From NCBI RefSeq assembly GCF_009914755.1, contig NC_060938.1: 64,000 nt of DNA, one strand, 5' to 3'. Positions 23,960 through 36,479 of the stretch are shown here, in pieces. Each line of letters starts with the position of its first letter. The first letter of the stretch is position 1. The position numbers and the translations under genes were made by a program. Under the pieces are notes generated by a model. That model was not told the DNA's origin. It saw nothing but the letters and a program-made list of their open reading frames with translations, and made no database searches. The DNA comes from the human T2T-CHM13v2.0 reference genome, Homo sapiens.

Positions 23960-24560
23960 TGGGAATGAATAGGATGAGAGCGGTGGCAAACCATTTACAA
24001 AGGGAAGTTATGCATCTGGCCAATGGTGAAGGATTTCTTGAAGTCATTGCAAGTGATATTAGAGAACTGGTTGAACTACTGCAAAAGCCATTGGCAAAAG
24101 GAAGACCCACCTTAGAAGAGTTAGTGCTTAAAGTATAATAAAAATTAAAAAAAAAAAGAAAAACAGAAATGTAAAAAAAAAGAAGAGTTAGTGCTTAATT
24201 ACCATCATGAGTGATGATCTGATTGATGTTTTGAATGATTTCATATCAACGGATAGAGAAAAGCCTTTGAGACAATGGATTAAATCCTTGATTTTTTAAA
24301 AAATAGATTTTATTACTATACTGGGAGGCCAAACATGGAATGAAGGATGTTATAACCTGTTGTCTTGCAATTTTGTTGGAAAAATCATGCCCCCTCACCA
24401 ATTTACCACTTATTCATTCTAAGAATTAATGCACAGCTGCTGTTATAATTTAAATTTTATTAACTTTATTAAAAACAAGCTTGATTTTAAGATTTTTAGC
24501 TTAACTTTTTAAAACAAAGTGCATCTGTCACATTTTTAACCAATCGCATGTGGATTTATT
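23960..24560 (+). mobile_element. Ancient Tigger-like (TcMar-pogo) transposon relic
   Basis: Residual translation EVMHLANGEGFLEVIASDIRELVE resembles the GEGF..(D/E)...(I/V).EL segment of Tigger transposase C-termini; AT-rich tail. Confidence 0.45.
24132..24180 (+). mobile_element. Extremely 5'-truncated L1PA insertion (terminal nucleotides plus A tail)
   Basis: (CTTAA)AGTATAATAAAAA is the L1PA 3' terminus; perfect 18-bp direct repeat at 24114-24131 and 24181-24198. Confidence 0.8.
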
Positions 24561-25159
24561 CTTAGTAGAGATCTCCCATGCCCAGCCTTGAAGGATTCAT
24601 TTCTTCCTCATGCTGCCTGGGAACTGCATGGCCCTGTGGCTCTTTATCCTTTTTGAAAACTTGGCCCTTTGGTGATGGTCCTATTACAACAGAGTCAGCC
24701 CTCCTCTGGGCCAAGGCCATGGGAAGGGTATGTCCGGGGCCCATTGGTGGGAAGTGTTCTGTCCTGGATGGAGTTCAACCCTTTGTTGTGTGATATTACG
24801 ATGACATGACATGTTCTGTGTCGTACCAAAAATAACTGCCTTGGAAATGAAGGCTTAGGACGTTACTGTTGAATTGCGTCACGCCCAATATGAAATGGGC
24901 TATAATTACAGTCTGGGGAAGTCAAAATACAACCCAGCATGGGGGAATTGTTAAAGTGATTGAAACATGGAAATGAATCTGAACAGAAAGGTCTAAATCT
25001 TACCTGGGTTAGCATTATTCTTATAATAAATAATCACAATAATCCCATACATTTTATAGCTTACAAAATTCTTCTTATAGATTAATTCATTTGACTAGGT
25101 TAGGGAGAATAAATCTTAAGGTGTAATTTCTCTTGGAAATATCAATCTCTAGTCTATAC

Positions 25160-26045
25160 TACACCTGGCTGCCTTTTTAATGGTCCCAAAGCACAGCTTC
25201 CCCATTCATTCTCCAGCTCAAAAACTTTTAAAAACTTTCTGCATCTAGAGAATAAGCTCCAAATTCCTTATCCTGGCATTCAAGACCCTCCAGTACCCTG
25301 ACCCAACCTCTCCTTGCACTGTTTCTCTCGATCCTCCTTGTCAGGCATCTCACCTTCACAACTAACTGAAGCACCTGCTTCCTAGGTGCACAACCCGGTT
25401 CCTGCACTGGCACCCTTGTCCACAGAGCCACTTCCTTGTGAATGCTCTTCCCTCACCTCTTCATAGGCATGTGGCTGAGCCAACCCATCTTGCAAGACCC
25501 AGCCTCCAGACACTTCCTGAGTTCCCCTGTGGACCTGGACTTTCTGCCTTTGTGCTCTCTTAGCACTTTCTCTGATTGTCCCTGAAGACAGCCTGACCTG
25601 TAAAAGTCTAATAGCACCCCCAACTTATTTCTTGCAACTGTAAGCTCCTTGTGGGCAGGACCCAAATTTGATCCTGCTTTGTATCTCCTTCCTCTGCTAT
25701 TGGGGCCCTCCCCACCCTGCCAAGTGACCAGCCCAAGAATCCACAAAACCTTTTCTGTAAATGTTTCTGATAGTAAATATTTTCAGCTTTGTAGGCTATA
25801 AGGACTCTTGCAACTACTCAGTTCTGCCATTTTAGAGTAAAAGCGGCCATAGCCAAAATGTAAACAATGGGCACAGCTATGTTCCAATAAAACTTTATCT
25901 ACAAAAACATCAAGCTATCAAGCTGGATTTGGCCATGGGCTGTCGTTTGCTGACCTCTGGTTCAGCCAGTGTTTAGCAAAGGTGTTATGTAAATGTTTGT
26001 TGATTGTTGGGATGGATGGGTGGGGGTATGGATGAATGGATGACA
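25160..26045 (+). mobile_element. L2 3' region interrupted by MER58A
   Basis: ccaaattccttatcctggcattcaagaccctcc; ctgtaagctccttgtgggcagg; tail taaatgtttgttgattg. Confidence 0.75.
25738..25959. mobile_element. MER58A (hAT-Charlie)
   Basis: ttttctgtaaa...gcaactactcagttctgcc...gttccaataaaactttat...gtttgctgacctctg. Confidence 0.88.
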
Positions 26046-27563
26046 GAAAGAACAGCTTGTGAGTATTTGGAAACTGGGTTAACCCAAGTACATAAAGTCG
26101 GAGCCCTGCTACTAACCACATGGCCACTTGCAGAAGAGGGAAAAAAGAGTTGCCTGTGTTCAGGGAGCATTGCCTCGCTAAGAGGAGGATGGTCTCTGAG
26201 AAAAGCTGGAGGGGCCCCTAGGTGTGGTGGCATGGGAGAAGGGTTGGAGGGTGCAGTGAGGCCAGCCTTGTGGATCAGTGATGTGAGCAGTAGCTAGCAG
26301 AGAGCAGAAGCTTGCCATAGTCCTGCCCAGGATGCTGCGCCACTTAGCTCACTCTTCTGTCACCCCACTGAGTAAGGAGGCTGGCGTCCTGGGGTTGACG
26401 CCTCCATGGAGTTGATATGGTTTGGGCAGTGTGGACCTTCTCAACTAGTATTGTTTCTTGTCTACCTTTAGTTGGCCCAAAGCCAAGACAGTGGCCTCCA
26501 TCATCCAGAGAACCAGGCAGGTAGGTCCTGAGTAGCCTCTCCAGTGTGGCCAACATCGTCCTGTGCCATAAAACCTGGAGCCTGGCACCTGTACCCCTGA
26601 GGAGGACAGCTGACATCCATGTAACCCTTTATTGTCCACACAGGGCTCTCTGTGTCTCACCCCACTTGATCCCTCCTCCAACTTTTCAAGGTAAGCAGCA
26701 GTTATTATTACTGTTCCCATTTGCCCTGGAAAGAAACAGGCTTGGAGAGTGTATGCAGATTTTGCTCAGGACCACAAAAGGTGGCTCTGTCTTCTCTCCA
26801 AGCAGAGAAGAAGGTGGCTCTCAGGAAGCCCATCTCCAGCCTGGGGCTCCCTGACACCAGCTTTGCTACCCCGAGGTGGGGCCCATCCCTTGCAGACACT
26901 GCCGTGTTGTATTTGGTTTGAGTCCCTCTGTCACCACGGCACACAGGTATGTTCACCAGCTTTCCACAGGATTTGCAGAAACCCTCACCTTTAGGAAAAC
27001 TGTTTGCCAAGGGAGCCCCTTTCAAAGGGCCGTGACAGGCACAGTTGAGGATTTAAACTGGGACCCACATCGGAAGGAAGGGCTATGAACTGCTGGGGCT
27101 GATACAAGGACAGGTGCAACATGGAACTGATGACCCACCAGACATTTAACCATCCACATATTTCCAAGCTGAAAGTGGAGAATTTTTCCGGCTTTCCCAG
27201 GTAATTAATGATCTGCTGATCATCTGAATTTCCCTCTCCTCCTTCTGTATAACGAAGCAGGCAAAAGGAAAACAATAACCACATTTCTTAAAAAGAATAA
27301 TATTATAGTGATAGAGTGGTGGTATAATCTCTCATCCATGGTTCTTTGGATAAAAATGCTTCCTTGGACAGAAATATAATTCTCTGTAATAACACCCATG
27401 ATTTTTTTCCATACACCTGGAGAGCTAGGGGAGAACTTTAAGAAGTTGACGTGGAACACAAAGTTTGCTTTTTGTATTCTGTCAGATGGGCAAGTTCAGG
27501 ACCAAACCATTTAAGAACATTGGGGAAATAACTTGAAATATAATGATCCATTCAATACTTTTA

Positions 27564-27734
27564 TCTTTCTTTTTTAAGAGGTGAGATCTTGCTATGTTGC
27601 CCAGTTTGGAGTGCAGTGATTATTCACAGGCGAGATCATAGCTCACTGAGGCCTCGAACTCCTAGGCTCAAGCGATCCTCCTGCCTCAGCCTCCTGAGTA
27701 GCTGGGACTAGAGGTGCATGCCACCACACCCGGC
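27564..27734 (-). mobile_element. FAM (fossil Alu monomer)
   Basis: Keeps the 7SL-derived segment (gtgattattcacaggcgagatc) that dimeric Alus lack; TSD TC(A/T)ATACTTTTA at 27552-27563 and 27735-27746. Confidence 0.88.
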
Positions 27735-27757
27735 TCTATACTTTTACAAATAAAACA

Positions 27758-28066
27758 GGCCAGGAGTGGTGGCTCACGCCTGTAATCCAAACACTTTGGG
27801 AAGCCAAGGTGGGAGGATTGTTTGAGCCCTGGAGTTTGAAACCAGCCTCGGCAACACACTGAGACTCCATCTCTATAAAAAATACAAAAATTAACCAGGC
27901 ATGGTGGCACACACTTATAGTTCCAGCTACTCGGGAGGCTGAGGCAGGAGGATCATCAGAGCCTGGGGAAGTTGAAGCTGCAGTGAGCCGTGATTGCACC
28001 ACTGCACTCTAGCCTGGGTGACAGAGTGAGACCCTGTCTCAAAAAACAAAAAATAAATAAAATAAA
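27758..28066 (+). mobile_element. AluJ element
   Basis: ggaggattgtttgagccc and gctgcagtgagccgtgat J-type diagnostics; A-rich tail. Confidence 0.92.
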
Positions 28067-28402
28067 GGATCTTGAGATCCTCTTCATCTTTCTAATTTTT
28101 TCCTTTTAATGGACAAGAGAAAAAAAAATGATCAAATTATGACATGAAACAAAAAGGAACCCAAATGTGGGGTAATACGCCATTTCCTTCCATGATTCTA
28201 AGAGGGACAATAAAAACATCCACTTGGGAAGGGAGGCCCCACTCCTTTCCTCTCTTTGCCAAGGTTTCCGCTTGTCCCTGGATCACTTCTTTTACTTCTT
28301 AAGCCTCACTTCTCTTTCCTGTCTCTACCTCCTCCTTCAGTGTTTAAAGCTGTGCCTCCCCACTCTCTCAACATTTTAAATATTCTTAATGATGCAACCT
28401 GA

Positions 28403-28418
28403 AGTTGCCATGGCAACT
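28403..28418. promoter_or_regulatory. Perfect RFX X-box palindrome AGTTGCCATGGCAACT
   Basis: Exact match to the RFX consensus GTTGCCATGGCAAC in apparently non-repetitive sequence. Confidence 0.6.
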
Positions 28419-29399
28419 AATTTCCTTGCTGAGGCAGAGGTAGAGGCCTGTGATCAGCCTGCCATTGAAATCTCCAATAATTTTCCTTTTCTTTCAAAAT
28501 TAAGTAGGGCATCTCAAGTGTTCCACTGTGGTTTTCCCTGCCCCCAAAGAATCAGACTCCCATGCACTGAAATATCCAGTTATTGCATTTCCCTGGTATC
28601 TTTTATGACTTCCTTCTTCACTGGCATACACACTATCCCTCTGGAAAAATAACAACAACACAATCTTTGTTATTTCTCTTTTGTCAGTATGAGAAATGGT
28701 TCTGATGAAGTCTAATGACATTTGATGGGTTTTCCCTCCTCTCTCTCTCTGTCTTCTTAAAAATTGCCTTTAGTTTCCCATTCTTAAAAACAAGTTTCTT
28801 TCTCCTTGAATCTTGAGGACAGCTTTGTAAATAGCACTTCCATGCACAAAACTATTTGAGCCCAAGATGCTGCACTGGTGTCACCATGTGGACTTGCCCG
28901 GGAGCTGTGCCTGCCTCCTCTGTGTGCCTGAGTGGTTCTCAGTACAGGTGGGGCTGGGTGCCTTCTCTCAGGATGCCACTATTCCTGTAGCACCTTGAAC
29001 TAGCCCCATCTTTCTGCCCTTCCTGCTCCCCATCAGTTCCTCCAGCCAGGGACATCCAGCTCCTTCCTGTAGCAGGCCACTGAGTCTGCTCTCCCCAAAG
29101 TCCAGTAACTCTGTAACACAATGTCAGTGTGGCATGCTTCCTGCCTCAGTTTCCATGGAGAGACCTGTCATTAAAGTGAGCAGGAGAATCTACAAAGGAA
29201 ACAAGGAAAAATCAGTTCTGTGGTTCTGGGGCCCTCAACCAGGTCCAGAATATTTAAAAAGGAGTCAGAGTGTGGAGCAGGGAAGGGTTTTGCACAGAGG
29301 CCATCTCTGGGCAAGTTGGGCTGTGCTGAGGAGGGGGAAGGTGGAGAAGCAGGGGGCGTTTACCGTGGCTCTTCCCACTGCTAGCTGATGAGTCCAGTG

Positions 29400-29930
29400 A
29401 ATACTTTTCAGTTCTTCTCGTAACCTCCCTAGGCCCAGGACACTGTTATTACTTCCTTCTTTTTGAATTCTTTCCTTCTTTGGCTTTTACAATAGCAGTC
29501 TCTCTGGGATTCCCTGCTACCCCTCCAACTATTCGTTCTCAGGACCTTCCCAGTCATCCTCTGACACTGACATTTGCCAGGGTTACAGACTCAGTTGCTG
29601 CTTCTTTCCTGCCCCCCTCCCCCACTCTCTGCGCCATCTCATTGTACCATCTGTACAACTATCCCAAATGTGCATTCCAATCCAAAGCTCCCTTCTAAAC
29701 AAACTCTACACCCATGCAACTGGCTCCTGAAAGTCACATTGGGCTGTCCCACAGACCTCCAACTAAATAGGTCCCAAACATAACTCAACATTTTGCCCTC
29801 ACACTCTTCCTTTGGTCTTATAAACATGGTAAGTTGTATCATCATCCACACAGGCCAGAAACCTGGGAGGCAGCTTTAAATCTTCTCTCCCACAAGCTCT
29901 GTGGTCGACCAGTTACCAGGGCTGTCAAGG
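29400..29930 (+). mobile_element. L2 LINE fragment
   Basis: cagacctccaactaaataggtcccaaacataactc...ggccagaaacctgggaggc. Confidence 0.6.
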
Positions 29931-30739
29931 TTCCATGTGAAGAGCCCCCTGGGCTATGCCCAGCAGGGCTCACCACCCCTTGGATGGCCCCCTATAGCAG
30001 CCTCCCCTTCATGGCACCACCTGCCACCCGTCCTGCCCTCTCTGCCCCAGAGGAGCTGTTTCTCCAATGCAAACATATCTGGGACAGGACCCTGCTCAGA
30101 GCAAACCATCCTTGCCTTGAGAATGCAAGTCCAAGTCCCTATTATGTCCTTCAGGTCTTGCAGAGATTTCAAGGGTCAGCGCAGGGCAGGGAATGCCTCC
30201 AGGCTGAAAGGAAATAGGAACAAAGACCAGAGTTATTGTGAAGGTCATGTTATTGTCCCTTCCTCACACACGATGAAGCAAAGAGGGGGTCTCTGCAGTA
30301 TACTCGCAGTGCACTGGGACAGAGCCAGGACATGAACTTGAGCCTTCTAAGTCCTCTGCTTTTCCTAGAGGACTAGGACTCGTTGCTGCAGGCAGGGGCC
30401 TTGGAGTCTTTTTTCCTCTGTCCCTCAGACCCATGGATACAGCCCACAAACCATGACAGTGTGACTGTCTCTTGCCACTTGGCTGGCTCGGTTATTCATT
30501 CAGTTCCCATTTGTTGGTACACCTGCTCGGGGCCAGATCCTATGCCAAGTGCTGGGACGTGGAAACAAGTAAGAAACTCTCTCTGTCCTCCAATACCTCC
30601 CAGTCCTAGGGAGTGTTTGGGAGCTGGATGCTGGATCAGACCCCTATGAAACAATGGTGGAATCAGGGGAACCTCTTAACTTTTCTAGCTACCAGTTCAG
30701 CCTCTGTGAGATGAAGGGAATTATATTTTCCTATGGCTG

Positions 30740-30950
30740 AGCTTGGGAGCTACACAGGCCTGGGTCAATTCCTGGCATCCCCACTTAGTAACTGTGACCC
30801 TGGTCACATTGCATAACTACACAATCTTTGTTTCCTTACTTGCAAAATGGAAACAGTCAGAATCTCCACCTTACAGGACTATGGCAATAGTCAGATGAGC
30901 TGATGCATGAAAAATACTCACTGCAGCAACCTAACCTCCAGTGAGCACTT
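30740..30950 (+). mobile_element. MIR SINE
   Basis: ccacttagtaactgtgaccctgg...gtttccttacttgcaaaatgg. Confidence 0.75.
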
Positions 30951-31054
30951 GGGATACCTGAAGGAGAGAACTTAGAAGGGGAGTTGGTCAGGAAAGGTGT
31001 GCTGGGGGAATGAATGGCTTAAGTTAACGTGTGGGGATAAGAAACAGCGAGGGA

Positions 31055-32072
31055 GTGTACACTGTTGCTGGGAATGTGAGTTAGGGTTGCCATGATAGAC
31101 AACAGTGTAGCAGTTCTCACCAAATTACCATATGACCCAGCAATCCCTGTTGGTTAGATACAAAGGAACTGAAATCAGCACCATGTAGAGATATGTGCAC
31201 TTCCATATTCAATGCAGCTTTATTTACAATAACTGGGATACAGAAACAAAATATCCATGTCTCAGACAAATGGATATACATAATGTGTCTTAGTCTGTTT
31301 TGTGCTGCTGTAACAGAATACCGGAGACTAGGTAACTTGTAAAGAAAAGCTTATTCTCTCACAGTTCTGGAGGCTGGGAAGTCCAAGATCAGGGCACCTA
31401 CATCTGGGAGGGCCTTGCTGTGTCCTCACATGGTGGGAGGCCAAAGAGCAAGAGAGTACCCAGCTCTCTCTGTCAAGCCTCTTTATAAGGGCACCGATCC
31501 TATACATGAGAGAGGAGCCCTCATACCCTAATCACCTCTTAAACCCTTACCTCTTAATATTATGACATTGGCAACACCTGAATTTTGGAGGGGACATATT
31601 CAAACCATAGCACAATGGAATATTGTTTAGCCTTTAAAAAAGAGATCCTGCCATTTGTGACAATATGAATGAACCTGGAAGATATTATGCTAAGTAAAAT
31701 AAGCCAGACACAGAAAGAAAAATACTGCATGATTTCACATGTATTTGGAATCTGAAAAAACAAACTCATGGTGGGTACTGGGGAGAGGAATGGGAAGATG
31801 TAGGTCAAAGGATACGAAGCTTCAGTCACGTAGGATGAGTAAGTGCAGAGATATAATGTATAACATGAGGACTGGAGTTTAATAATATTGTATTGTATAC
31901 TGGACGTTTTTTAAGAGTAGATTTTAGGTACTCTTACCACACACACACACATATGAGGTGACTATGTGAGATGATGGACATGTTAATTTGCTTGAGTGTG
32001 GTAATCATTTCACTATGCATGTGTATATCCAAACATCATGTTGTACCCCTTAACTATATACAATAAAAAATA
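31055..32072 (+). mobile_element. L1MA7/8-like 3' end interrupted by an MST LTR
   Basis: ttaccatatgacccagcaatcc; aagatgtaggtcaaaggatac; ends tatacaataaaaaa. Confidence 0.85.
31286..31612 (-). mobile_element. MSTC-like solo LTR
   Basis: tgtcttagtctgttttgtgctgc...catattcaaaccatagca; TSD TAATG/CAATG. Confidence 0.85.
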
Positions 32073-32080
32073 GCAAGAGG

Positions 32081-32082
<2 letters not shown>

Positions 32083-32115
<33 letters not shown>
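32083..32115. repeat. (GT)n microsatellite
   Basis: About 16 pure GT units followed by a degenerate GT-rich tail. Confidence 0.95.
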
Positions 32116-32116
<1 letters not shown>

Positions 32117-34075
32117 TGTATACTATGTGTGTATATGGAGTGTTTGTGGGTGTGTGTGTGTGATTTTGTCATATGTGCATAGTGGTGAGAGATGAGGCTG
32201 GAGAAGGAGGCTTAAGGGTGGACTTAGGTAACCAAAGATGACCTTGGGCCTCGTTAGGTGGTTTTGGCTGTAACCTGAGGGGCCCTGGGAGCCACTGGAA
32301 AGTTGGTTGCAGGTAAGGTGATGTGTGGCCTGGTCCCTCCAGCAGGCAGGACTGTGGGGGATAGCCTGCAGGGGTGAGCCAGGGAGAAGAAAGGATGGCC
32401 AGGAGCTGTCTGTGGAGCCCCAGGGATAGAGGCAGGCCACGGACCAACTGGCGTAGAAAGTGTCTGGATGACTCCCATGGAGCCACCAAGCGAATACCTC
32501 TGAGCCCCCGATGGGCAGGTGTGCGCTGGTTGCGGGCATCAGGACACAAATAAGCCCAGCCCCTGTCGCTGTCATGTCCCTGAGATCTGAGACGAGTACA
32601 CAGCTCTCTCCACAGATTCTTGATTTCTGATTTTCAGGCCTGTGATTTGGCAGCTTGGAATCACTATTATTTAGCACCTAAAATAAGTAGTCCCTGACAC
32701 ATAGTAGACACTCAATAAATATTTGGGAAAAGAATGCATGATTTCTGGGTGCATTTCCCATCTTTGTTCAAATGGCAGAAGTATTCATGTCTTGATTTAA
32801 AGCAGAAAGTGTCCTGAATTAAGGCCTTGGCCTGGCCCTGCAGACAAGCTCTGAGTGTCTTCAGCTGACAAACCTTTCCAGCCTCAGTTTCCTTCTGGGT
32901 CCTGCTGCCCTCTTCCCCTTGCACCAAGGTTAAAGGAGAGAACCGATGTGGTGCTGTTTTTGCAAACGGCAGAGGCTAAGAGGTCTTTGCTACAGTTTGC
33001 TGCATGAGCGGCTGGAGCAGTGGAGGGGACGGGACAGAATCCATCCCCACTAGCCTCAGGGCTATGCCAAGGGAGACTGCATTCCAGGACAACAGCAGGG
33101 CTCTTCTGCACTTTCTATTTTGTCTGCACCCGGGAGGTATTAGGTAACTCTGTGAAACCTAAGTGCCTTAAGGGATTAGAGAAATTCAATTAAATTCAGA
33201 TAACCTTCACACTCATCATCCAATTTGCACATACCAAACCAAACAGACCCCCAAATCATCTCAAGTTCACCCAGCACTATCTCTCTTCTCTTTGTATTCC
33301 TCCTACTATCTACTGAGATAAATGGAGGTCCATGAGGAAAATTCCTCCCTTTGAGCCTTTTCAGACCTCCTAAGCAAAAATGACTTATCCAGCATCATTG
33401 GAGGTTAAAGAATGGCTCAAAGCCTTGAATGGAAACAGAAAGTGTATCTATTTACTTGGAGAGTTTCCTCTCCAACTCCTTCACATTAGGCATCAATAGC
33501 GCTGGTGGAACAATGCCTGCAACCCATCTGGCGGAGGAGCCCCAAAGCAGAAGGCAATGTGATTGACTGCGAGTCAAGGTCTCCCTGTGATGGAAGGAGA
33601 ACACTCGGTAGCGATGATAAAGCACTCGGAAAGTAATGATGTACTTAAATGTACATATGAAGCACTTTTAATGTTTCTTCTTTTGACAAAGAGAAAACTG
33701 AAGTGGGCAGCTTTGGTGAAACGAACACCTCTGTCCCTAACTTATGCTGAGTGGTTGATCTAGGAATGTGAGCACTGTCAACAAAGGCATTATCACCAAC
33801 AAAGGATTCTTTTAGAGGCTGAGAAGCAGGCCTTTGCCTCTGTTGCTTTATCTTTGCCTGTGAAAACATTTCTGTTAACATGCTGCTGGAAGAGAGAGGT
33901 ACTCCACCAGTGTCTGCAGGAGACAGACATTTGGAGCAAAACTTGTACATCAAGGAGGTGAGACAGTATGGCAGTGAGGGAAAAACATGCTAGATTCCTT
34001 TCCAGGAGAGATGGGGTCTATTTCAGGCGTCTAAGTTAGCAGACGGCAACCTAAGGAGCGCCCCACGGAAAGAGA

Positions 34076-34520
34076 TGTATTGGTTAGCTATTGCTACAAA
34101 ATGATGCATAACAAACCACCCCAAAACTCAGTAGTCTCAAACATCACTTATTCTTACCAATCTGCAGGTTGTCTGGGCTCAGATAGCAGCTCTGCTTCAC
34201 ACTTGGATCTGGTGGTGCTTGGTGGGGCATCTCTGCTCTATGTGTATCTCCTTTCTGCGCTCAGGCTAAGAGACAGCAGCTACCCAGGTGAAAGGTTTCT
34301 TACAGGAATGGCAGAAGCTCAAGACAACAAGGTCTCCTAAGGTTTAGGTCTGGAAATGTCCAGCTTACTCCTGCCCATATGCCACTGCCAAGGAAGTCAC
34401 ACCACTAAGCCCAAAGTCAGGAGGTAGGGAAAAGCGCTTTGTCTACAACAAGGCCATCTCAAGCTTGTGAGTGCAGGGAAAGGTGAGGAATTGGGGCCGA
34501 TCATTTAATCTGCCTCAGGA
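34076..34520 (-). mobile_element. MLT1I/K-like LTR
   Basis: tgtattggttagctattgct...cataacaaaccaccccaaaactcagt. Confidence 0.7.
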
Positions 34521-35649
34521 AATGGCATCTGCTGAGCATCCACCATGTCCCATTCACATATGCGGGTCTGTGATACATACTTTCTCATTTGTTTTTCTCA
34601 GCAGTTCTGGAAAATAGGCATTACTATTTCCACAGATGAGATTTGACAAAGGAAAGTAACTTGAAGAAGCTTACACAGCAGCGTTGGGATTAGTACTTAG
34701 GTCGGCCTGATTCCAAAACCTAGACTTTTCCTGGCCATGCCACTGACCCATGCTGGGATTTTTCCTTTGGCAAATAGGACTGAAATCCCATTTTTGCCTC
34801 CCTTCACAAGCTTGTATGAAGCTCAAACAAGATAATGTATAGAAAATTGCTTTTGAATCTCAAAGCACCATATAAATGTAAGGCTATGTTGTTTAATATT
34901 ATCCAAACCTTCGCTGTGATTAGTATAGAATTTGAGTGAGGCTACCTCAGTCCCAGTTCCAATTAACTTCATGAGTAATCCTGGTCATGTCCTCTTTCCT
35001 TGGTCTACCCCACTCTTTTCATTTTGAAGAGGGGATATGAATTATAGTATTAAATAGTGATGTTTTGAATGGCCATGGGCAAAAGGGATGGGATGGTTGA
35101 CTTTGGGCACCTCTTGCCTCAGGCCTGACCTCGCCATTGGCTATTCCATTGGCTGGTGGAGTTGCGATCCCCCGGCCTAGCCTCTGACTCTCTGTTCTGC
35201 CATTCTCCTTAGAGCCTGTGTCCTTTTGCCCATTGGCATCTTCCTGGCTTGTTCTGACCTCTAGGATCAGTAAACAGCCTCCATTGAACTGATTAACATA
35301 ACTAGCCTTATTTTGCCTTGACCACATTGCTTCCTGGGCTCCACCCTTCCTCTGGCTTCTCCCAGGATGTTTCTTAAAGGTTCCCAGCTGGGAAGTAAAC
35401 CAGTCTCAGAAAGTGGGCTGTCCAGGGACTACAGGTAAGTAGGAGTTCTGGCTGGAAGAAAGGGAAAGCGGGCAGAAAGAAGAGTAGAGACTGCCTAAGA
35501 AAGACGAGTAAATGAACCCTTTGTGAAAAGACTGAGTGTTAGAGAACCATGAATTGCATCAATATTTTTAGTGGGCATATCATCTCCAGAGAGTTGTCTA
35601 GACCATTTGTGAATCCACCTTTCCATCTATCCATCATGTAAACATCAAA

Positions 35650-35680
35650 CATCCATCCATCCATCCATCCGTCCGTCCGT

Positions 35681-35715
<35 letters not shown>
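35650..35715. repeat. Compound (CATC)n/(CGTC)n tetranucleotide microsatellite
   Basis: About 16 units, next to an L2 3' end. Confidence 0.95.
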
Positions 35716-35779
35716 CATATTCACCCTTGCAACCAACATTTCTTGAGCACTGATCATAAGGCATACAATGAGTAAATAA

Positions 35780-35990
35780 AGGCAGTAAAAGGGCGAAGTT
35801 TTCAGAATGCCTACTCGCTTTACATAAAATGTCCAGTTTAATTCTCACAACAACCCTAAGATTATGTGTGGTTTGACAACAGTGAAAATGAGATTCAGAG
35901 AAGTATGTCACTTGCCCAAGGTCACACAGTTGTCAGAGACAAAGCCATAATTCAAATCCAGTCCCTCTGACTCTCAAAGCCCTCTTCCTT
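35780..35990 (-). mobile_element. MIR SINE
   Basis: tttaattctcacaacaaccct...gtcacttgcccaaggtcacacag. Confidence 0.8.
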
Positions 35991-36479
35991 CCAAGTATGG
36001 TCCATCTACCCTCCTTAAGTTTGTTTCACTAGATGGGCACATGCCGCTGTAAGTCCTAACCATTTCTTGGTATGAAAATCCCATCATGGCCCTTGGCCAT
36101 GACACCCAAGGAAGCCTGTGCTGCAAATTACAAGCTGGAATTTGCCCCACAACACTGCATCTCTGGTTGCTAGAGATAGCAGAAGAGTGACGAGAGCTGG
36201 GACAGATGAAGAAGTTTCTTGGTTGCTCATGGTGCCATGTTGACGAGCCTCTTGCTAGAGCATCACCCGCACTTTGTGCTCCTTACCAGGCTTCTGGCTG
36301 CTGCTGAGAGGACCATTGTTACTTCTGGATGGCTGCAGTGTCTTCCTGAGCCCCCAGGAACAGCCTGCTGGGGATGGGAGTATTATCTTGAGGTCACATA
36401 GCCAGAGAAAGTTTGAGTTAGAGGAGACCTGAGCTCTCACCTTGTCCAGATGGCAAAACTGAGCCTGGAAAGGGTAGCA

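Noticed and set aside
27564-27734. Possible 7SL RNA gene or pseudogene
   Set aside because: It lacks the 7SL S domain; length and TSD fit a FAM monomer.
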